In this document: in pieces, positions 58,977 to 64,000 of the stretch
Layout: each line of letters begins with the position of its first letter
Numbering within the stretch: position 1 is the stretch's first letter
NCBI GenBank assembly: GCA_963786105.1
Contig: CAWAXX010000018.1
Location: forward strand, 32,001-96,000
Source: Vulcanimicrobiota bacterium
Lineage (GTDB): Bacteria; Vulcanimicrobiota; Vulcanimicrobiia; Vulcanimicrobiales; Vulcanimicrobiaceae
Length of the DNA: 64,000 nucleotides
Direction: 5' to 3'
Position numbers and translations under genes: made by a program
Notes under the pieces: model-generated
What the model was told of the DNA's origin: nothing
Database searches by the model: none
Seen by the model: the letters and a program-made list of their open reading frames with translations, nothing else

Positions 58977-59878
58977 CGGCGGCCGTTGACCAAAAGGTCG
59001 AGCACTGCCATGCGGATGGCGACGCCGTGATGCACCTGCTTCAGGTAGCGCCAGCCGGCGAAGTCCAAGACCGAGTCATCGAGTTCCATGCCGCGATTGT
59101 ACGGGCCCGGGTGCATCACGACCGCATCGCGGCGCACCTTTTTCAGCCGCCGCTTGTCGAGCCGGTAGGCGGCCACGTATTCTTCGTCGGAAAGCGGCAT
59201 CTCGGCGAAACGCTCGCGCTGGATACGTAGCAGCACGATCGCGTCGGCACGCGGAAGGATCGCATCGAAATCGCGCTCGATGGTAACGCCTTCGGTGGCG
59301 TAATCGGCGGGAAGAAAACTCTCCGGACCGACCAGGACGACGTTCGCACCCATCCGATGCAGACCCCGGATCGTGGAGTGCGCGACGCGGCTGTGCGCGA
59401 CGTCACCGACGATCGCCACCGTGCGCTGAGCGATGTCGCCGAACTCTTCGATCAGCGTGTAGATATCCAGCAGCGCTTGCGTCGGATGCGCGCGCGCGCC
59501 GTCTCCCGCGTTGACTACGTGTCCGTCGAAGCACAGGGCAATTCGCTGTGGAAAACCCGCTTCCGGATGCCGGACCACCAGCACGCCGACCCCCATCGCC
59601 CCGAGCGTCATGGCGGTGTCTTCGAGCGTCTCGCCTTTGGTTGCCAGGCTCAGGTCCTTGGGCGAAAGGTTGACGACGTCGGCGCCCAAACGGAGCTGCG
59701 CGAGATTGAACGACGTGAACGTTCGCGTACTCTGTTCGAAAAATACGTTCACGCAGGCCGTTCCGGCCAAAAGCGCGCCGGGCGGCGTTCGCTCGAAGGC
59801 TTCGGTACGCTCGAAGACGTAGGCGATCTCGTCGGCGTCGAGATCGTCGAGATCGAGCAGGCTACGCCGAATCCGCAA
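58973..59878 (-). CDS. pyrB: Aspartate carbamoyltransferase catalytic subunit
   Basis: FFEQSTRT, KGE, NAGDG..HPTQALLD, GD..HSRV, RIQ.ER, HPGP; TTG start. Confidence 0.95.
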   Translation of the reverse strand: MRIRRSLLDLDDLDADEIAYVFERTEAFERTPPGALLAGTACVNVFFEQSTRTFTSFNLAQLRLGADVVNLSPKDLSLATKGETLEDTAMTLGAMGVGVLVVRHPEAGFPQRIALCFDGHVVNAGDGARAHPTQALLDIYTLIEEFGDIAQRTVAIVGDVAHSRVAHSTIRGLHRMGANVVLVGPESFLPADYATEGVTIERDFDAILPRADAIVLLRIQRERFAEMPLSDEEYVAAYRLDKRRLKKVRRDAVVMHPGPYNRGMELDDSVLDFAGWRYLKQVHHGVAIRMAVLDLLVNGRR

Positions 59879-60401
59879 GGATCGCAACCTCGTCGGTGGG
59901 CGCCGAATCGGCACCGAGCGAAACGGCAACCCGCTCGCGACGGCTCGTCGGAATGATTCGCCCCACGTAATCGGGCTGAATCGGCAACTCACGTAAACCG
60001 CGGTCGATGAGCGCGCACAGACGAATCGCCGCCGGCCGGCCGAGATCGGTGACCGCATCGAGCGCCGCCCTGACGGTGCGCCCAGTAAAGACCACGTCGT
60101 CGACGATCACGACCGTTCGATCGGAAACGTCGACCGGAATTTGCGAATCGGGAAGCTCGTGGGTTACGCGGTCGTCGCGATACAGATCGATGTTGAGGAA
60201 ACCCAACGCCGGCGCGCGTCCGCCGATCCGTTCGATTTCAGCGGCGAGCCGGATTGCCAGCGCCTCTCCGCCACGGCGAACGCCGAGCAGCACGAGACCG
60301 AGCTGCGCGTCGTCGGGTTCGAGAATCTCGTGCGCCAAACGCGCGACGATGCGTCCGATTTCGTCGCTACGCAGCAACACGCGGTGAGTCGTCGTGGTCA
60401 A
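59862..60401 (-). CDS. pyrR: PyrR bifunctional regulator/uracil phosphoribosyltransferase
   Basis: RLAHEILE, LYRDD, VDDVVFTGRTVRAALDA, DRG.RELPIQPDYVG. Confidence 0.93.
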   Translation of the reverse strand: MTTTTHRVLLRSDEIGRIVARLAHEILEPDDAQLGLVLLGVRRGGEALAIRLAAEIERIGGRAPALGFLNIDLYRDDRVTHELPDSQIPVDVSDRTVVIVDDVVFTGRTVRAALDAVTDLGRPAAIRLCALIDRGLRELPIQPDYVGRIIPTSRRERVAVSLGADSAPTDEVAILADSA

Positions 60402-63013
60402 GCCGGTTCTCCTAGTGCCGCCAGGGCTGCTTCAACGCGGGCAAACTCCGAACGATAGCCTTCGAGCTTTTCCCGCTCCTTCGCAACGACGCCGGGCGCC
60501 GCCTTGGCGACGAACGCGGCGTTTTCGAGCTTGCGCTCCAAACGTTCCACTTCGTTGCGAAGCCGTTGCACGTCTTTTCGATATCGCCCGAATAACACGT
60601 CGTGCGGGGCACGCGCGCCGATCGCGGCGAGTGCGTCTTCGAGGGTCGCGCCCGACGGCGCCATGCGCTCGACCGAGCCGGCGACGAAGTGCGCGAGCGT
60701 CGAGGCTACCGATTCGGGCACGTCGGCGGGGACGTCGAGCGTTAGCGGTTCCTTCGGTTGAAGGCCCATCTCGGCACGAAGATTTCGCAGCCGCTCAGCG
60801 CAACGCTGCAGCGCTTCGAACTCGGTGCCGGCCGCGCGGTCGAGCGGAATCTCGAGCGGATCGGGCCACGTCGCCGTCGTGATACTGTGTCCGTCGTGCG
60901 GCAGCGCGAGCCAGACCTCTTCGCTGATGAACGGGGCGATGGGATGCAGCAACCGCATCGCGTTGTTCCACACGAACGAAAGAATCGCGGTACGGGTGCG
61001 GTGGTTGTGCGGCACTTTGGTCGCTTCGACGTACCAGTCGCAAAACTCGTACCAAATGAAGCGCCATACCGTTTCGGCGGCATTACCGAGATCGAAGGCG
61101 TCGAACTGCTTTTCGAGCTGCACGATCGTGTCGTGCAGGCGGACGAGAATCCAACGATCGGCCAGCGTCATAGCGCTCGCGGACGGCAGCGTCAACGCGC
61201 TTGGCAGCCCTTCGGGGAGCGCCAGCATGTAGCGGGTGGCGTTCCACACTTTGTTGTTGAAGTTGCGCGCTTCCTCACAGCGCGATTCCTGGAAGCGAAT
61301 TTCTTGACCCTCGACGCGCATCTGGCGCACGATACCCATCCGGAAGGCATCCGCGCCGTATTTTTCCACAAGCTCCATCGGATCGATGGCGTTGCCGAGC
61401 GACTTCGACATCTTGCGGCCCTGCGCGTCGAACACCAGGGGCGTGATGAAGACCTTGGGAAACGGCAGCTTCCCCACCAAGTGCAGGCCGAGCATCACCA
61501 TACGGGCCACCCACAGGAAGATGATCTCCCAGCCGGTGATCATCACTTGCGAAGGATACCAACAGTCGAGCTCCGGCGTTTTCTCGGGCCAGCCGAGAAT
61601 CGACAGCGGCCAAAGCCCGCTTGAAAACCAGGTGTCGAGCGTGTCGGGATCTTGCGTGAGTTCGCGCGTACCATGTTCGCGCTGCGCAATCTCCAGAGCT
61701 TCGGCTTCCGTCTCCGCAACCACCGCCGTTCCGTCGGGCACGTACCATACCGGTAGACGGTGCCCCCACCACAGCTGACGAGATACGTTCCAATCGCGAA
61801 TGTTCTCCAGCCACTGCTCGTACGTCCGCCCATAACGTTCCGGAACGAACGTCAAACGGCCGTCGCGATACGCTTGGAGTGCGGGCTGTGCGAGCGGCGC
61901 CATCGTTACGAACCACTGCAACGACAACAACGGCTCGATCACGTCGCCGGTGCGCTCACTCACCGCGATCGCGTGTCGGTGCGCTTCTTCCTTCACGAGC
62001 AGTTGCGCGTTACGTAAATCGTCGACGATCCGCCGTCGCGCTTCGAACCGGTCGAGGCCTTCGTAGGGACCGACGGCGATTTCGGCGCCGGTGATCTTCG
62101 CATCCAGGTCGATCGCCGACGGCGCGGGCAGGGCGTGACGACGGCCGATCTCGTAGTCGGCGGCGTCGTGCGCCGGCGTCACCTTCACGGCTCCCGTGCC
62201 GAAGGTGCGATCGACCGACTCGTCGGCAACGATCGGAATCGCGCGTTCGAGCAGCGGCGGAACGAGAACGCGCCGCCCGACAAGGCCGGCGTATCGTTCG
62301 TCCTGCGGATGAACGGCGATCGCAACGTCCGCAAGGATCGTTTCGGGGCGCGTGGTCGCGATCGCGATTGCGCCGATATTTTGTGGTTGCGCATCGACGA
62401 AAGGATAGGTGACGTACCACAGCGTGGCATCGCGCTCGACGTGCTCGACCTCGGCGTCCGAAACGGTGGTTCTTCCTTTGGGATCCCAGTTGATTAAGCG
62501 TTTTCCGCGATAGATCAGACCCTCGCGATAGAGCTGCACGAACACTTTGCGTACGGCGTGTGAAGGGGCGTCGTCCATGGTAAACCGCGCGCGCTGCCAA
62601 TCCGGGCCGAAGCCGAGAAGGCGAAACTGCGCGTAGATCTCACCGCCGTACTTGCGCGACCATTCCCAGGCCCGCGCGACGAACTTTTCGCGACCCAGAT
62701 CCTCGCGGGTCAAGCCTTCGCGCGCGATCTCTTTGACCAAGACGGCTTCAGTGGCGATCGCCGCATGATCCAGGCCGGGCAGCCAGTCGGCGTTATCGCC
62801 GAGCATTCGGTGATACCGGGTGAGCACGTCCATGGGAGCGTACGTGGAACCGTGCCCCAGGTGCGCCCGGCCGGTCACATTCGGCGGCGGCATGCAAACA
62901 ATGAACGGCGGCCGCGCCGGGTCCGGGTCCTCGTGAAAAAAGCCGCCGTGCTCCCAGAAAGCATAAAGCCGCGGCTCGACCGCTTTGGGATCGTAATGCT
63001 TGGGGAGGTGCAT
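60398..63013 (-). CDS. valS: Valine--tRNA ligase
   Basis: PPPNVTG..HLGH, DHAAIAT, SRQLWWGH, DTWFSS, KMSKS; ATG 63013 preferred as start. Confidence 0.97.
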   Translation of the reverse strand: MHLPKHYDPKAVEPRLYAFWEHGGFFHEDPDPARPPFIVCMPPPNVTGRAHLGHGSTYAPMDVLTRYHRMLGDNADWLPGLDHAAIATEAVLVKEIAREGLTREDLGREKFVARAWEWSRKYGGEIYAQFRLLGFGPDWQRARFTMDDAPSHAVRKVFVQLYREGLIYRGKRLINWDPKGRTTVSDAEVEHVERDATLWYVTYPFVDAQPQNIGAIAIATTRPETILADVAIAVHPQDERYAGLVGRRVLVPPLLERAIPIVADESVDRTFGTGAVKVTPAHDAADYEIGRRHALPAPSAIDLDAKITGAEIAVGPYEGLDRFEARRRIVDDLRNAQLLVKEEAHRHAIAVSERTGDVIEPLLSLQWFVTMAPLAQPALQAYRDGRLTFVPERYGRTYEQWLENIRDWNVSRQLWWGHRLPVWYVPDGTAVVAETEAEALEIAQREHGTRELTQDPDTLDTWFSSGLWPLSILGWPEKTPELDCWYPSQVMITGWEIIFLWVARMVMLGLHLVGKLPFPKVFITPLVFDAQGRKMSKSLGNAIDPMELVEKYGADAFRMGIVRQMRVEGQEIRFQESRCEEARNFNNKVWNATRYMLALPEGLPSALTLPSASAMTLADRWILVRLHDTIVQLEKQFDAFDLGNAAETVWRFIWYEFCDWYVEATKVPHNHRTRTAILSFVWNNAMRLLHPIAPFISEEVWLALPHDGHSITTATWPDPLEIPLDRAAGTEFEALQRCAERLRNLRAEMGLQPKEPLTLDVPADVPESVASTLAHFVAGSVERMAPSGATLEDALAAIGARAPHDVLFGRYRKDVQRLRNEVERLERKLENAAFVAKAAPGVVAKEREKLEGYRSEFARVEAALAALGEPA

Positions 63014-63047
63014 GGGTCCGCCCCTCGTTCCGCACAGCGCCCTCCGG

Positions 63048-63087
63048 GTCATCCTGAGCGTCGGCCCTACGCGCCGCAGTCGAAGGA
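63048..63087 (+). repeat. REP-like palindromic repeat copy upstream of valS
   Basis: GTCATCCTGAGCGTCGGCCCTACGCGCCGCAGTCGAAGGA. Confidence 0.78.
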
Positions 63088-63148
63088 ACGCTCGTCTTTA
63101 ACCAGCCGTAATCGGGGCTTAACAGTTGCTTGCTAGCATCGGCGTCAA

Positions 63149-64000
63149 ATGGCAAGCGAGGACGAGGATACGATCGATGCTTTGCTGGGAGATTCCCAGC
63201 TGGCCGCGGCGGGCGTTGCGGTCGCCGCGTCGCCCCGCCGTCTCGCGGCGGGCGTCTATGCCTTGACTGGCGCAGACGCGGCTCTCGCTGCGGTCGTCGA
63301 ACCCGAACTGCTGGCCTGCCGCGACGACGCCGGCGTCGATCGATATCTGACCGACTTGCCCGGCGCCCCCCGCTGGTACGACTACCTGCCAGCGGCGCAG
63401 GTTCTGTCGTGGCTGGGCGACGAGATCGCGACCGTTCGTTGTCTGCGCGCGGCATTCGACGCCGCCCGCTCCGAAGGACGCCAGTACGCGGCGGTGGGCG
63501 CGCGCGACCGCCTCGCTCACCATGCCTTGCTCTTCGGAGACGTTGCCGTCGCGAGCAACGCGATCGACGAAGCGGTGTCGCTTGCGAGATCGCAGCGCAT
63601 GGCGAACTGGCTGTTGCGTTGTTGCGCGTCGGCGGCGAAGCTGGCGCTCGACACCGGCGACGTCGAACGTGCGACGCGGCTGGTCGACGATGCGCGCGCC
63701 TCTCTGGCGCCGCCCGAGTTGCTCGCGCTGTTTGCACCGACCGGCGCGCAACTCGCATCGATGGCGGAAGACGCAGCCGCGCTGCGCGCCTGGGCTTCGT
63801 CCGAGATGCTCGAGCTTGCGCTGCACGCCGTCGAGGGGCAATCGGCAACCTCGGCAACGATCGCGTGTTTGCTGAGCGCCGGCGGACCGCCGCCGTCCGG
63901 TTCGGCTCCCAGCGTGGCGTTACGGCGAGCGCTGTTGCTGGGCGACATCAGCAACGCCGTGGAACTAGCGTCGATCGCCGCCCGCTACGGCGACGCCGAC
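63149..64000 (+). CDS. Hypothetical Ala-rich helical protein (3'-truncated by window edge)
   Basis: Manual translation is open from ATG 63149 (MASEDEDTIDALL...) to the window end; extended -10-like TGCTAGCAT lies just upstream. Confidence 0.7.
   Translation, partial: MASEDEDTIDALLGDSQLAAAGVAVAASPRRLAAGVYALTGADAALAAVVEPELLACRDDAGVDRYLTDLPGAPRWYDYLPAAQVLSWLGDEIATVRCLRAAFDAARSEGRQYAAVGARDRLAHHALLFGDVAVASNAIDEAVSLARSQRMANWLLRCCASAAKLALDTGDVERATRLVDDARASLAPPELLALFAPTGAQLASMAEDAAALRAWASSEMLELALHAVEGQSATSATIACLLSAGGPPPSGSAPSVALRRALLLGDISNAVELASIAARYGDAD

Noticed and set aside
63014..63148. T-box leader for valS, and the ORF-track start at 63052
   Set aside because: The region is too short and has no T-box motif; ATG 63052 lies inside the REP-like repeat
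1..64000. CRISPR array, rRNA or IS transposase
   Set aside because: No regularly spaced direct repeats, rRNA-like segments or transposase ORFs were seen by eye

Overview
High-GC chromosomal segment of a diderm bacterium that also carries Terrabacteria-type genes (cdaA-cdaR-glmM, PASTA kinase, pyrR, TonB-dependent receptor, Mla/MCE system). This mix suggests Ca. Eremiobacterota/Vulcanimicrobiota, which is an inference only. Most of the window is housekeeping: aroC-aroK-aroB-priA, rpsT, rsgA, mdh, rph, glmS, rpoZ-gmk, ruvCAB, queA, pbpA-pknB, carB, pdxH, fluC, a MoxR/VWA cluster, carA-pyrC-pyrB-pyrR-valS, and one tRNA-Gln. The most notable signal is a 28-bp 11-6-11 dif-like palindrome 23 bp upstream of a lone Xer recombinase gene, at the point where gene orientation flips from mostly + to mostly -. 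It is a candidate single-recombinase chromosome-dimer-resolution locus at the replication terminus, flanked by secreted accessory genes (frameshifted TonB-dependent receptor, vanadium haloperoxidase, GH114). Other signals: a c-di-AMP riboswitch on an NlpC/P60 gene directly behind the c-di-AMP synthase operon; several genes that appear to need non-canonical start codons (ATA, CTG, CTA, GTA) overlapping the upstream stop; a dispersed GTCATCCTGAGC..GTCGAAGG palindromic repeat, one copy translated into RuvC; an unannotated 36-aa membrane protein; and lesions in aroB and the receptor gene. No CRISPR array, rRNA or transposase was seen.
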